Assembly (NCBI RefSeq): GCF_001194135.2
Contig: NC_068995.1
Location: 46,992,004-47,049,830 of the forward strand
Reading direction: 5' to 3'
Origin: Octopus bimaculoides
Lineage: Eukaryota
Length of the DNA stretch: 57,827 bases
The position numbers were made by a program, and so were the translations under genes. This document shows, one piece after another, positions 25,193 through 37,380 of this stretch. Below the pieces are notes generated by a model. The model searched no databases. It was given only the letters and a program-made list of their open reading frames with translations, and was not told the DNA's origin. Positions within the stretch are counted from its first letter, which is position 1. Each line of letters opens with the position of its first letter.

Positions 25193-26010
25193 ATATATAT
25201 ATATTCTATAAATACACTTATAAGCTAAAGCTTATAAACATTTCACCATATATTGGCTAATTAAAACAGTCTAATTTTGGGGCACATAAGCCCACGACGG
25301 AAAAAATGGGTATTAGTACACGTAGGAATCGAACCCAAAACTCCTACACTCGCAGGCGTAATAATAAGCTTGAGCTTATAATTATATTTATAGAATAACA
25401 CACACATACACAGAGTTTTGTAATCGGTAAAACGTATATAGATATTCGAATGTCGTACACATGTATACAATATATTTTATGTTATATTTTGAAAAAACAA
25501 ACAATCGCATCCTTAATTTATTATTGAATTATCTGTTACCATTGCTTATTCGTTTCGATCGTACGTACTTCGTCAGTGCAGCTGGTATCTGTAGTCGTGC
25601 ATTTCAAATTATATTACTATATTTGTATCAGTTCAGTTCAAAATAATAACGCTATTTGTAGTCACGTGAAGTTATAGATATCAGAAAGAATGATGTGTTG
25701 AAATAAACAGAGCAAAAGAAAAGTCGACAACGAACAATGAACTTCCATTGTGCGTAGCTTATTCATTTTTTTTTTTTTTTTTTTTTTTGTATTGTTCGAA
25801 ATAATGCCAATAATTGTTGATAAAGAAATCAGATTAGTTTACAGTGGAAATGAATAAAGTTTTTTGAATATACATAATTTATTCTCTCTCACTCTCATTT
25901 CTTTCTTTAAATCTAAAGAACGGAATTATACATTGCATAAAATATTTTAAAATGGCCTTCCTCTGTCTGTCTTTGTTTCACTCTCTTTCCTCTCTCTCTC
26001 TCTATATATA

Positions 26011-26043
<33 letters not shown>

Positions 26044-26143
26044 ATATATTAATATATATGTATTTATATATATATATATGTATGCATATGTATACACACA
26101 CATACATACACACACACACACATATATATATATATGTATACAT

Positions 26144-26233
<90 letters not shown>

Positions 26234-26699
26234 CAGGAGAGAGAGAGGTGGAGGATTCTTATTAATCCAGAAGTGGACGAATAGAAGAAATGAAGTTGAA
26301 AATTCTCAGAGAGAATATTAGAATTAATTAGAATTTAATTATATTTTTTTAAAAATATAGGAATACACTTGACTGGTTTCACATTAGATTTTGAAAAGTG
26401 TATGGAAATTGTGTCGTGAATTATATCTATTCTGGCCATTGTTATAAAACTAGTTTGTTTTTAAAGTAGAAATGTGGTTTAAAACGCTACCCGTTGACGT
26501 ACAAACTGATTGGCTAACGTTCATGTATTATGTTTATGTGACAACGGAGCCAGAAGGTCACATAAGAACTTTTCTCAATTGAGTATGTCTCATGTCAGAT
26601 AGAAAATAGAGATATGAGGAGGTGAATTTGGGGAACGCTAAATTTCTGCTCGCAATACGTTTCAAAATTTTCTTTGATATCTCTTCTTTTATTTCATTA

Positions 26700-26812
26700 G
26701 TAGGCGCAGGAGTGGCTGTGTGGTAAGTAACTTGCTTACCAACCACATGGTTCCGGGTTTATTCCCACTGCGTGGCACCTTGGGCAAGTGTCTTCTACTA
26801 TAGCCTCGGGCA
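26700..26812 (+). mobile_element. SINE family B head
   Basis: gtaggcgcaggagtggctgtgtggtaag (A box) ...ccactgcgtggcaccttgggcaagtgtcttctactatagcctcgggc. Confidence 0.9.
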
Positions 26813-26836
26813 GACACAAACATATACACACACATA

Positions 26837-26877
<41 letters not shown>

Positions 26878-27735
26878 CTTTTGTCAATTTATTGACGGAA
26901 ATGGTGGTGTATTAACTGACGTGAAAACAGACGTTGGTAAAATTAAATAGTACTTTAGATGGGAGCTGTCAAATATATGACAGATCTGTACTATTAAAAC
27001 TTTTGGACTGGTGAACCGGTAGACAGCTGGAGGGCTGATGGGTGATAGAATGGGAAGGTTGGTGGGTGAGATGGTGAATAGAAGGGGGAAGGGTTTCGAT
27101 TGGTTGGTTGATTGTGTGTTGTTGGTTTGTTGAGGTAGAGAACAGTAGAATCAGGGAAGGGTTGTGTATTTGAAGTCAGTGAAAAGTGTAACATGTTAAT
27201 ATTTGGCAAGAAGAAACGTGTCGATGAGAAAGAGAGAGAAAGAGAGAAAGAGAGAAAGAGAGATATATATATATAGAGAGAGAGAGACAAACAGAGAGAA
27301 AAAGGAAGGTGCTAAATTAAGGAAGAAAGGGAGGGAAGAAAGAAGGAAGGAATGAGGAAAGAAAGGAAGGTGTGATGAACAGGAGAGATGAAAGAAAAAA
27401 AGAAAAAATTAGTGGAAATAAAAAGAAAGAATGAGATGATCATTAAATGCAGGAATATAAGAATAAAAGAGTGAAACGTAAAAATATTAATGGCGGCGTG
27501 TGGGTGGGTGGGGGAATTCAAGGAACGAAAGATTGAATGAATATAAAATTGAAGAAGATTGAATGACAGAATATCTGAATGAGGCATTATAAGAGACAAA
27601 AAAGAAAACAACGTAAATTAAAAACATAAGAAATAATAAGTGAAGGACGAAAAGAGAAGAAAAAAAAAACACAAAAGAACTGGATAGGATATCGGTTAAA
27701 ACAACAATAACAGCAACAACAACAACAACAACAAC

Positions 27736-27782
<47 letters not shown>

Positions 27783-28133
27783 CAACAACAACAATAAAAG
27801 ATCGTTACAATGGCAGCAGTACTTTTGGATTGTGGCATTATGGTAAATCTATGAAGAGTGCAATGATAAATTCGTTAGAATGGTGGAATAACGGAATGTG
27901 GATATAAATAGAAAAGAATCGATAGCTAAGGAGAAATTATTAAAATAAATACTGAATATATGGCGGATACATAGACCTATAAACACACGCGCACACATAC
28001 ACATATCTATCTATCTATCTATCTATCTATCTCTATATATATACGTGCATGCACACATAAACATAGACACGTGTGCATTTTATTCGTGTATGAGTGTATG
28101 TATGTACATATATATACATATACATACATATAC

Positions 28134-28176
<43 letters not shown>

Positions 28177-28848
28177 NNNNNNNNNNNNNNNNNNNNNNNN
28201 NNNNNNNNNNNNNNNNNNNNNNNNNNNNNNNNNNNNNNNNNNNNNNNNNNNNNNNNNNNNNNNNNNNNNNNNNNNNNNNNNNNNNNNNNNNNNNNNNNNN
28301 NNNNNNNNNNNNNNNNNNNNNNNNNNNNNNNNNNNNNNNNNNNNNNNNNNNNNNNNNNNNNNNNNNNNNNNNNNNNNNNNNNNNNNNNNNNNNNNNNNNN
28401 NNNNNNNNNNNNNNNNNNNNNNNNNNNNNNNNNNNNNNNNNNNNNNNNNNNNNNNNNNNNNNNNNNNNNNNNNNNNNNNNNNNNNNNNNNNNNNNNNNNN
28501 NNNNNNNNNNNNNNNNNNNNNNNNNNNNNNNNNNNNNNNNNNNNNNNNNNNNNNNNNNNNNNNNNNNNNNNNNNNNNNNNNNNNNNNNNNNNNNNNNNNN
28601 NNNNNNNNNNNNNNNNNNNNNNNNNNNNNNNNNNNNNNNNNNNNNNNNNNNNNNNNNNNNNNNNNNNNNNTGTCGCAAATCACATAAAATCCTTTGTCGA
28701 AATATAGGTTAGAATTTAATTTTGTTGCATTATATATTATTTAATTAATCGTCTAATTTTATGTTACAGTTTTAAATTATCTGATAAATAACTGAAATTA
28801 TATCAAGGAAAAAGCGATTTATATCTTGCTTATTTGTCAAGAGTTTGA

Positions 28849-29310
28849 TTATTTGTTCATCCACACAATATCCCTAACAAGCGTTGAAAATTCTTCAGGA
28901 AAGTTCCTAGTACCTTTCTGTTTTCTATTCTTCTTTTCTTTTTTTAATAATGCTTTCTTAACTTTTATTTTCAATCGTAGGAGTTTACTTTTATCTGAAT
29001 GCTTCGGTAATATAGGAGGAACCTTTCTTTTCTGATTATGCTTCACGTGTTTTACATTTTTAATGAAATATTTATAAAAATGTTTTCGGTTTTTCAGCAA
29101 TTTGATAGGTTGGCCAGTTTGCATTAAATGCATTAGTTTTTTCGCTCGAATATGTTTTAAATATAAAGCAATCTTCGATTGTTTAACGCGTTTTTTGTTT
29201 TTCTTGACACAGATGCACATTTTATCAGTTTTGGGATATCTGCAGGACCTATTCTTGAAAAATATCTTTTCTCGCTTTCTTCTGCGAATAGCATTCAGGC
29301 AATTTAGCAT
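28849..29310 (-). CDS. Hypothetical highly basic protein (153 aa, about one third K+R), unknown family
   Basis: Stop-free for 175 codons in AT-rich non-repetitive DNA. It is preceded on the minus strand by a canonical 66-nt intron (GTAAGA...CTAAAC...TTTGTTTTCCAG, 29426-29361). The first ATG after the acceptor is at 29310. No homology recognised. Confidence 0.35.
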   Translation of the reverse strand: MLNCLNAIRRRKREKIFFKNRSCRYPKTDKMCICVKKNKKRVKQSKIALYLKHIRAKKLMHLMQTGQPIKLLKNRKHFYKYFIKNVKHVKHNQKRKVPPILPKHSDKSKLLRLKIKVKKALLKKEKKNRKQKGTRNFPEEFSTLVRDIVWMNK

Positions 29311-30245
29311 GTTGCTCTTTGATGAGTTTGCCAGCAAAGATTTCCACTTTATTAATTCTACTGGAAAACAAACCACACTAGTGGCTATCGTTTAGTTAAT
29401 AACATACGAAAAATTCGACTTCTTACGTCTTTTCAATTAGAAATTTTGTGTTTCCCGTATCTTTCGGTCCATTCTTTCCTCGAATACACAGTGTCTAGCC
29501 ACTTCTTGAAGCTCATTTTAGACGGAGAAAATATAAGTGTTTAATATAATATTGTCGAAAGATTCATTGTGTTATGAGTTCGTCTGCGTTCATATGTATA
29601 AAATTATGAAAGAAGGCGAGAAAGAAAGTGCATACATATATAAACATAAACACATATGCACATATATACATACAAACACACATACGCACATTCATATAGA
29701 TTTGTGTGTGTGTGTATGTGTGTGCGTGCATGCGCGTGTATGTAAGCTTACGAATCAAAAAATATGGCCGATTGTTTTAAAGTAATATGACGTCACAAAA
29801 CATTGCCTAAAATCAGACGACATATTTTTCCTTTTATTTCTTTAGTTTATTGATTTATCGTGTTTATTTGGATAAAAATACCATCATTTGAATTCTTATA
29901 AGTTTCAAACTTAACTGTTATTATAGTCATTATATAACTTTAATTGTTGCTTTGGCAGCACACTCATAAAGATTATCACACAGCCTAACATTGGTGGAAT
30001 TCGCAGATATGGAATCAGTGTTGATATTTACTGAATATCCATTTTATTCCTGCTGTTACAGACATTAGATAAAAGATATTTTTTAAGAATATCTTTTAAT
30101 TTTTCAATAATGGTGACCAGTTCCTTCAAGACCCAGCGAATCAACTTCCAAGTTGTCACAGAATAAGTAATATAATCTTCATCATCGGCTGTTTTATCAC
30201 TTCATCCTCGTCGCAGGTCATCGTCGTGGTCTTCATCAATACTGT

Positions 30246-30422
<177 letters not shown>

Positions 30423-30433
30423 TTGAGCTTGCA

Positions 30434-30665
30434 GAAAGGCGACGAGCTAGGAAAATCATTAGCTCGCCAGATTAAAGGCTTGACATTTTTTTTTTTTTTA
30501 ATTTTTATATTCTGTGATCGAATTCCACTGAGGTCGATTTCGTGTTTCATCTTTTCGGGGGTCGATGAAATAAATACCAATGAAGCACTGAGTTCGATGT
30601 AATCAAGTAGCCCTCCTGCCTCCCCAAAATTTCAGGGTTTATACCTATAGTAGAAAAGATTATTA
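30434..30665 (+). mobile_element. SINE family A (diverged, head interrupted by poly-T)
   Basis: aggcgacgagctag head; ttccactgaggtcgatttcgtgtttcatcttttcgggggtcgatgaaataaatacc core; cctatagtagaaaagattatt tail. Confidence 0.75.
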
Positions 30666-31873
30666 TCATTTTTGTTTTTATTAAGGAAAAAAAAATAATA
30701 ATGTCCTCAGGTGCACTACAACTAAAAAAAAAGAATTTTTTTTTAAAGGTGACATCAGGTATGCTGTTGGCGAATTTTAGGAAGTATGGAAGTTCTGAAG
30801 GATGTAGTGTTTTGACAGCTAACGACTAATACAAGTGGTTCATTCCCTGCTTTAGCAATTCTGAGGGTGAAAAAATGTCTCCGAAGGCCGTGAGTGCTGT
30901 GTTGTGTTTTGGTCATGTAAGCATAGCTGTGGTTATTGCTGCTGTTGCTGCTACTGCTGCTGCTGCTGCTGCTGCTGATATTGGATAGTACACTGGCAGG
31001 ATCATTAGGTTAGGTGGTGGCATAATTTTTCATTTCAAATGGCTGCAACAAATCCTTTCAAGTTAAAGGTCCCAAACTATAACTTCCACTCCGCTCTCCG
31101 CAATCCTGTCACTTGAGACCCAAACATTGTCACGTGCGCTATCTCAACTCTTCTGACTAAAGCACTCAAACAAATTCATTCATATTACTATTCCCCTGAT
31201 CTTGTTTGGGAATTTGTCTTACTAATCCTCTAATCTTGCATAATAATTCATTTACCTTACTCTGCTTCTATTCTTGTTCATTATTTCCTTCAACTTGCTA
31301 TTCCTCAATCCTTGTTTAGAAATTCATGAAACTATTTCTCTCCTCTTATTGAACAAAGTCTTTACCCTTCGATTCTTCTATTCTTGTTCAGTAAATAGTC
31401 TTACTGTTCCTTTATTCATGCTCTGTAATTCACACATCTCATTATTTCCCTATCCCTCTTCTTCAGTAATTCATGTCATACTATTCCCCTATGCTTCTTC
31501 AGTAACTCTTTTCTCTTACTTTCCCCTTATTCATGTTCACTAAATCTTTTATGCTATTATTCGTCCATTCTTGTTCAATAATTCATAAGTCTTATCATTC
31601 ATCTTTTCCTGTACAGTAATTCAGTTCCCTTAATAATTTTCGCAGTTTTTGCAGTAGTATATCTTACTATACCATTATTCTTGTTGAGTAATTCCTGTTT
31701 TATTATTCCTTTATCACCGTTCGATAATTTTATCCCCCCCACAATTTTCCCCCTTTTTGATTGATTTTCTGTATAAGGATAAAACAAAACAGAGGGGGGG
31801 GGGAACTAACCGAAAATAAAAAAAATTAATCAATAAGATGGCGAAAACAAAAAAAAAGGATCTAGTTACACCA

Positions 31874-31926
<53 letters not shown>

Positions 31927-32642
31927 TAATAATAATAATAATACTAACAACAACAACAACTTTTAGACACCATACTACATAAATGTCAGATAAAAACTGT
32001 TATGTATGTATATTTATATGTCTTTCAGTGTGTGTGTGTGTGTGTGTGTGTGTGGAGGGGGTATTTGTGCGAATGTGTTTGCGCGCGCGTTTGTGTGCTT
32101 AGAGCTAGAAATAGCTGATAAGACCAGCGTATCAATATAACGTGCTATATGCCCAGAGACAGAAGTCATTAGTAATAAGACGCTCTCCGATTGGCTGCCA
32201 GAAACGTCGTAATTTGGTTTTCATATTTTATGAATCTTTACTGACGATATCAAAAATCTAAGGCAGGGGGCAGAGAGAGAGAGNNNNNNNNNNNNNNNNN
32301 NNNNNNNNNNNNNNNNNNNNNNNNNNNNNNNNNNNNNNNNNNNNNNNNNNNNNNNNNNNNNNNNNNNNNNNNNNNNNNNNNNNNNNNNNNNNNNNNNNNN
32401 NNNNNNNNNNNNNNNNNNNNNNNNNNNNNNNNNNNNNNNNNNNNNNNNNNNNNNNNNNNNNNNNNNNNNNNNNNTGTATATATATGAACAATTGCAGCGT
32501 GGAAGGTGTTTATAAGCCATTTAAAATAAGACAAAAAAACCCGTTAGATTCACTTCAACATTTAAATTTAATTTGTCAAAATATTTTCGTTGCTTTGAAA
32601 CCGCGATCTGTTCAAATTTGTCAATGAACAGGTCGCAGTTTC

Positions 32643-32758
32643 ATATATACGACGGGCTTCTTTCAGTTTCCGTCTACCATGTCCACTCACAAAGCTCTGG
32701 TCGGCCCGAAACTATAGTAGAAGACACTTGCCCAACGTGCCACGAAGTAGGACTGAAC
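32643..32758 (-). mobile_element. SINE family B fragment in the putative 5'-UTR intron of the EFR3-like gene
   Basis: atatacgacgggcttctttcagtttccgtctacc...tagtagaagacacttgccc. Confidence 0.85.
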
Positions 32759-32906
32759 TTACACTATTTGGGAGAAAGCCAAACATCACTTTTTGTTTGC
32801 TAAACCATAAAACTCTAAACAAAGCCCTGTTACCTATCTTCCCACATTTTTTATTTTGCTAATGAATAAAGAAAAACGATAATATTTATCTCTACATAAA
32901 TAAACT

Positions 32907-32926
32907 TTCTTTTTTGTATATCACAG
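32907..32926 (+). promoter_or_regulatory. Putative 3' splice acceptor of a 5'-UTR intron of the EFR3-like gene
   Basis: Polypyrimidine tract tttcttttttgtatatcacAG ending at 32926, 20 nt before the ATG. Confidence 0.55.
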
Positions 32927-32946
32927 GTTAACAGAAATCCTTGATA

Positions 32947-35340
32947 ATGATTAGAGCGAGATTATACTACTTATGTTGCATGTCTCTAAAGCCTCGACAT
33001 AAAAAGTTGATAACGAAAATCTTTCCAGCCAATCCTGATGATGGTCTTATTAAATGCAGAATGGATAAGTTACTACTTTATGCTTCCTCTAAGCCTGATA
33101 AGTTTCTTGACATTGCCGAGAATTTTGCCCAACGAATTCAAAGAGATATATACCGTCATTACCGAATTGGTTATATTTTCCTCACTATGGAAGCTATGTA
33201 CGAGTTACTTCTGGCGTCTAGTGTGCATGGACTCCATTTATTAACACCGAATTATCTAAATGTGATTAAGAAATTACTTGACAACAACTGTATCGATCTG
33301 CAAGTGCTTGCAACGGATTATTTTATAAAGTTTACTTTCATAGACGAAGACACACATGCCTATTACGACTGGTACGACGTCTTTGTATTACGCTTTAAAG
33401 ATATGTGTTATTGCAAAAGCGCAACAGGGCTGACTAAATATCGAATTCGAATAACTGGTTTGCGTGGAATCCAAGGAATAATACGCAAAGCTATCAATGA
33501 TGAACAAGAATTGAATATTTGGCAAAGTGAAAAGATTCAGAAAATTATATCCTCGCTCCTTTACAACATGCATGATAGTTCACCATTGTCGCCAGAACAG
33601 AGCTATTTGGAAGATGTCGCTTCCCTTGCTTCTACTGCAGAAAAAATATTCAGTGGTCTTATACACCATGCTACGTTCGGTACAATTAAGTCAATACTAA
33701 AACCTGTTTTAGTCCACTTCGATTACCATCAGCTTTGGGCGCCAAATGATTTTGCAGTGAAAGCTTTTAAAATCATAATGAATTCGATTCAAAGCAAATA
33801 CAGCTATTTAGTTCTTCAGATGCTCGTCTATCACATGGATAACTACACAGAAAATGAACCTGTAATCAAGACAAATATCATTGATGTTGTTTTCCAGAAT
33901 GTGCTGATTGCTTCGGAATCTTGTGTCTTTCCTACGATGCTGGAAGTCTTTGATTCTTTACTAAAGCATTTAAAACACTCCGTTCACTCGGATCACTCAG
34001 ACTGGCAATACAGGGAATTAGAAGAGACATTCCAGAATACTGCCGCTAATACTATTTGTCAAATAGCAAACAGGTTAACGTGCTATCAGAAAATCGATGC
34101 TATGATGTTCCTATTGGGAAAATTTCCAGCAGATGGCACAGGCCAAAGTTTCGAAATCCTTCAGATTATCAAGTTACAGAAAATGATCCTGATGGTTCTT
34201 CATAAAATTTCTAATGAATTACGTTTTGTTGTCGGAATGAACGCTTTTTCTCCCGAGTTTCTCGTTCTTCTATTAAAAATATCACAAAACAAAGATCCCC
34301 GTTTTAGAGTGAGAGTTGAGCAGATTGTACACGGTCTCTTAGACAAACATCAAAATACAACCATTCTTAGTAAGGTTTGCCTGTTGAAAGATCTGTCTCA
34401 GATAACATTAGAAATAACACCAAGACACGACGAAATATTCATGAAAAAAAATGGGTATATTTTTTATCAGCATATTTATGAAAGTATCGAACTGGAAAAT
34501 AATGATATTGAAAACTTTGAAATGATTTATTGCACAATGGCCTTGATTGCTGTCGAGTTTGGCTGTAAAGATATTATAGTTGATCTCTACAGATTAGCAT
34601 TCGATATACAAGACATGGTAACCTTACACGCCTATCTGTCAACGAAACGCGCGTTTGCCGTACACAGCCTGATAGCAGCTTACATGAGCCTCTTGAGTAA
34701 GTTATTTGTTATTGCAGGTATACAGGCTCATATAAGTCAAATAATTGAACTCAGAGCTCAGGAAGCTAAGGATTTGCTCCCTGATTTTGTATACAATAAC
34801 AAATCTGCGGCAAAGGTTTATCCGAAAGACTTTGTCATAGATGAGAGTTTGTTGTTTTCTCGGAAGGTCATCTTTGAAAATTTTCAATTGGCTAGCAGTA
34901 TCAACGTAGAGTTAAACACATCTGTAAGGATGAAGAAATCGTTTTCAGCTGACAGTGCTAGGAGTATAATGGAGATGCCCACCCCTGCTCATATTTTTGA
35001 TAGTGAATTTGAACTATTTCATCGAATGACGCAGAGTTTAGAAGATGATAAAGAATTCACATTTGACGCTATGAAGGAAGTGCTAACAAGGACAAACTTA
35101 ATTACAGAAGATAATGAAAACGACAAACGAATACAGATATATAGAAAATTTAAGTATGGAGCATTCGAAGAAATTGTGCAAACTTCGAAAGATAAACAGA
35201 AAAATTTTGAAGCTAATTTAAAAAAGGCCCTTGCTACCTTCACTGACTCGCCAGATATATCTTTAAATGTATTACTAGACAAAAGCCTAGAACCTTCTTA
35301 TTTATATGAAGACATTCAGATTCCCGTAACTATTTATTGA
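32947..35340 (+). CDS. EFR3: EFR3 homologue (EFR3A/B, Drosophila stmA/rolling blackout family; plasma-membrane scaffold of the PI4KA-TTC7 complex), 797 aa, single coding exon
   Basis: Uninterrupted ORF. The N-terminus LCCMSLKPRHKKLITKIFPANPDDGL..MDKLLLYA matches EFR3A CCCCSALRPRYKRLVDNIFPEDPKDGL..MEKLTFYA. RIRITGLRGIQGIIRKAINDE matches EIRIAGIRGIQGVVRKTVNDE. The C-terminal FTFDAMK, KFKYGAFEEI and YEDIQIPVTIY match ITFEALK, KFQKAPFEEI and YEMKFPDLCVY (family sequences from memory). ATG at 32947 is preceded by an in-frame TAA at 32929, so the track's TTG start at 32941 is not needed. Confidence 0.93.
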   Translation: MIRARLYYLCCMSLKPRHKKLITKIFPANPDDGLIKCRMDKLLLYASSKPDKFLDIAENFAQRIQRDIYRHYRIGYIFLTMEAMYELLLASSVHGLHLLTPNYLNVIKKLLDNNCIDLQVLATDYFIKFTFIDEDTHAYYDWYDVFVLRFKDMCYCKSATGLTKYRIRITGLRGIQGIIRKAINDEQELNIWQSEKIQKIISSLLYNMHDSSPLSPEQSYLEDVASLASTAEKIFSGLIHHATFGTIKSILKPVLVHFDYHQLWAPNDFAVKAFKIIMNSIQSKYSYLVLQMLVYHMDNYTENEPVIKTNIIDVVFQNVLIASESCVFPTMLEVFDSLLKHLKHSVHSDHSDWQYRELEETFQNTAANTICQIANRLTCYQKIDAMMFLLGKFPADGTGQSFEILQIIKLQKMILMVLHKISNELRFVVGMNAFSPEFLVLLLKISQNKDPRFRVRVEQIVHGLLDKHQNTTILSKVCLLKDLSQITLEITPRHDEIFMKKNGYIFYQHIYESIELENNDIENFEMIYCTMALIAVEFGCKDIIVDLYRLAFDIQDMVTLHAYLSTKRAFAVHSLIAAYMSLLSKLFVIAGIQAHISQIIELRAQEAKDLLPDFVYNNKSAAKVYPKDFVIDESLLFSRKVIFENFQLASSINVELNTSVRMKKSFSADSARSIMEMPTPAHIFDSEFELFHRMTQSLEDDKEFTFDAMKEVLTRTNLITEDNENDKRIQIYRKFKYGAFEEIVQTSKDKQKNFEANLKKALATFTDSPDISLNVLLDKSLEPSYLYEDIQIPVTIY

Positions 35341-35344
35341 GAAA

Positions 35345-35359
35345 ATTAAAATGAATAAA
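35345..35359 (+). promoter_or_regulatory. Candidate polyadenylation signals of the EFR3-like gene
   Basis: ATTAAA at 35345-35350 and AATAAA at 35354-35359, just after the stop codon. Confidence 0.4.
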
Positions 35360-35469
35360 CAATGCTTATCATACCATTTGTCTTTGCGCAAATTTTCTGG
35401 TCTTGCTATTTTCAAAGAAAATACAGCAGAACCATTGCAATATACATTCTTTGTTTGTTTGTTTTTTTT

Positions 35470-35740
35470 ATGTTCTATGGATACACTCAAGGGCTCACAA
35501 CTCTTTAACGCCTTGCTAAAAGATCTGAGGGATCTTCATGGAGTGGAGGTAAATGTTTACATGAAACAGCTTGATCTTCTGCTATCCAAGGTCCCACATG
35601 AACCAATATGATGGCAGGAGTGTCAAACTCCTTCCTTCACTAAAAGCCATTGAAAAAAGATTAGCCATTGAAAAGGTGATTACACTGGCGGTGCTCTAGT
35701 ATGCCACAGCCTTAGAGCTGCAACGTGTAAAAGAATAAAA

Positions 35741-35745
<5 letters not shown>
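35470..35745 (+). mobile_element. 3' end of a CR1/L2-group LINE (ORF2 C-terminus, 3' UTR, stem-loop tail)
   Basis: LKGSQLFNALLKDLRDLHGVEVNVYMKQLDLLLSKVPHEP resembles the CR1-group terminus GPxLFNxLP..LR....FK..LD.FL..VPDEP. The tail ggcggtgctctagtatgccacagccttagagctg...taaaagaataaaagaata matches the SINE family B tail. Confidence 0.7.
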
Positions 35746-35777
<32 letters not shown>

Positions 35778-35805
35778 NNNNNNNNNNNNNNNNNNNNNNN
35801 NNNNN

Positions 35806-35841
<36 letters not shown>

Positions 35842-35848
35842 GTGCGTG

Positions 35849-36144
35849 TGCTCAGAATGTCGAGAGCAATATATAGGCCAAACCAAAAACAGTCTACGCC
35901 GAGAAGATGACCGTACATATATCCCAGATTAAAATTCGGGAATACAGAAAAATAGCATTAAGCGAACACATCGGCATTTGCACCACTAACGAACAACCCA
36001 ACTTCAGAAATTTTTCCCCTCTATAAATTCAGGGACGATGCAACCTATAATCAGTGCAATAGCAAAGAATCATATTTTATCGCAAAATATAAACCCCTTT
36101 TGAATGCTTCCACCACAGATGACACTACAAGGATCTTAGAATAG
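35849..36144 (+). mobile_element. Frameshifted GIY-YIG endonuclease remnant of a third PLE lineage
   Basis: Joining frames gives CSECREQYIGQTKNSLRR/RMTVHISQI...ALSEHIGIC.../IFPLYKF...KESYFIAKYKPLLN, with the CxxC-YIGQT, EH, E and LN hallmarks. Not in the ORF track. Confidence 0.75.
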
Positions 36145-36479
36145 AACCCACGCAAAAATTAAAAGCGATATATTCAAAACAGTTACCACTCCTGAATTTA
36201 TTTAGAACAATTCCAATCCCTACTGCTACAATCACAACAGGTCACTTTTAGGTCACTTGACCAGTAAAGAGGATTCTACGAACAGTCTGCTACTGTCATA
36301 CCACTCCCGTCTTTTTTCCTTCTTTTTTCTCTTCTTTTCCTACTCCTTCTTTTTCTTCCTTTTCTTTTTCTTCGACGTCTCGGTTGCTGCTGTTTAAACA
36401 ATCGAAATACAGAACCATAATTCTTCTGCATTCTTATTAATTATTTCTTCAGATTTGCTTCTACCTACTGAGCCTTCAC

Positions 36480-36572
<93 letters not shown>

Positions 36573-37293
36573 AATGGAAAATGTCCTACCTATTTAAAGA
36601 CTATGGAAATATTTTTAAAAGACATATTTCATTTCATTTTTCTTCAATTCAATTGTTTTTCCTGCTTTATTCTAAGTTGAAAAAGTCGAAAAGACTGAAA
36701 CCGGTACTAAAATGTTCTTCATGATAAAATTATTTTAGCATTTTCTACCTTGTCTTATTTTCCTTATACATATCAACTCGTGTGTTACTTTTCAACCTTC
36801 TACACACACGCGCGCACACACACAGATATGCAGACAGAGAGACGGACATAAATATATGACCATTTCACTCGGAAGTCTTCTTCTATTATCGTTATCTAGC
36901 TTCATTTTTTTCCGCCCTTCTTCCTACTCAGAAACCTATTTCGAAGAAAATTTATGTCAGAAACGACTCATTTGTTCGATTTGTCTGCGCATCAAGCTAA
37001 TAGCTTCCATGGTTAACTTATCCATTGTGTATTCTGAATTTCGTTATGCACACAGACGCTCATGCACCCACTGTTTAACATCATTATGTCTCCACACCCA
37101 GAGCTACCCAGCTCTACAGAATCTAGTGAAATTTCTATAGTGTTAATGAATCGGGTAAATTACAAACATACGTTAGTCTGAAAGGAGACGTTGTTCTCCT
37201 TCGTGGGTATATAATATCGTTTAGCTTATTCACAATCGAATCTGTCTGCAATAAATTGAGTATGAATATACAAGTCATAGCATATAACACACT

Positions 37294-37380
<87 letters not shown>

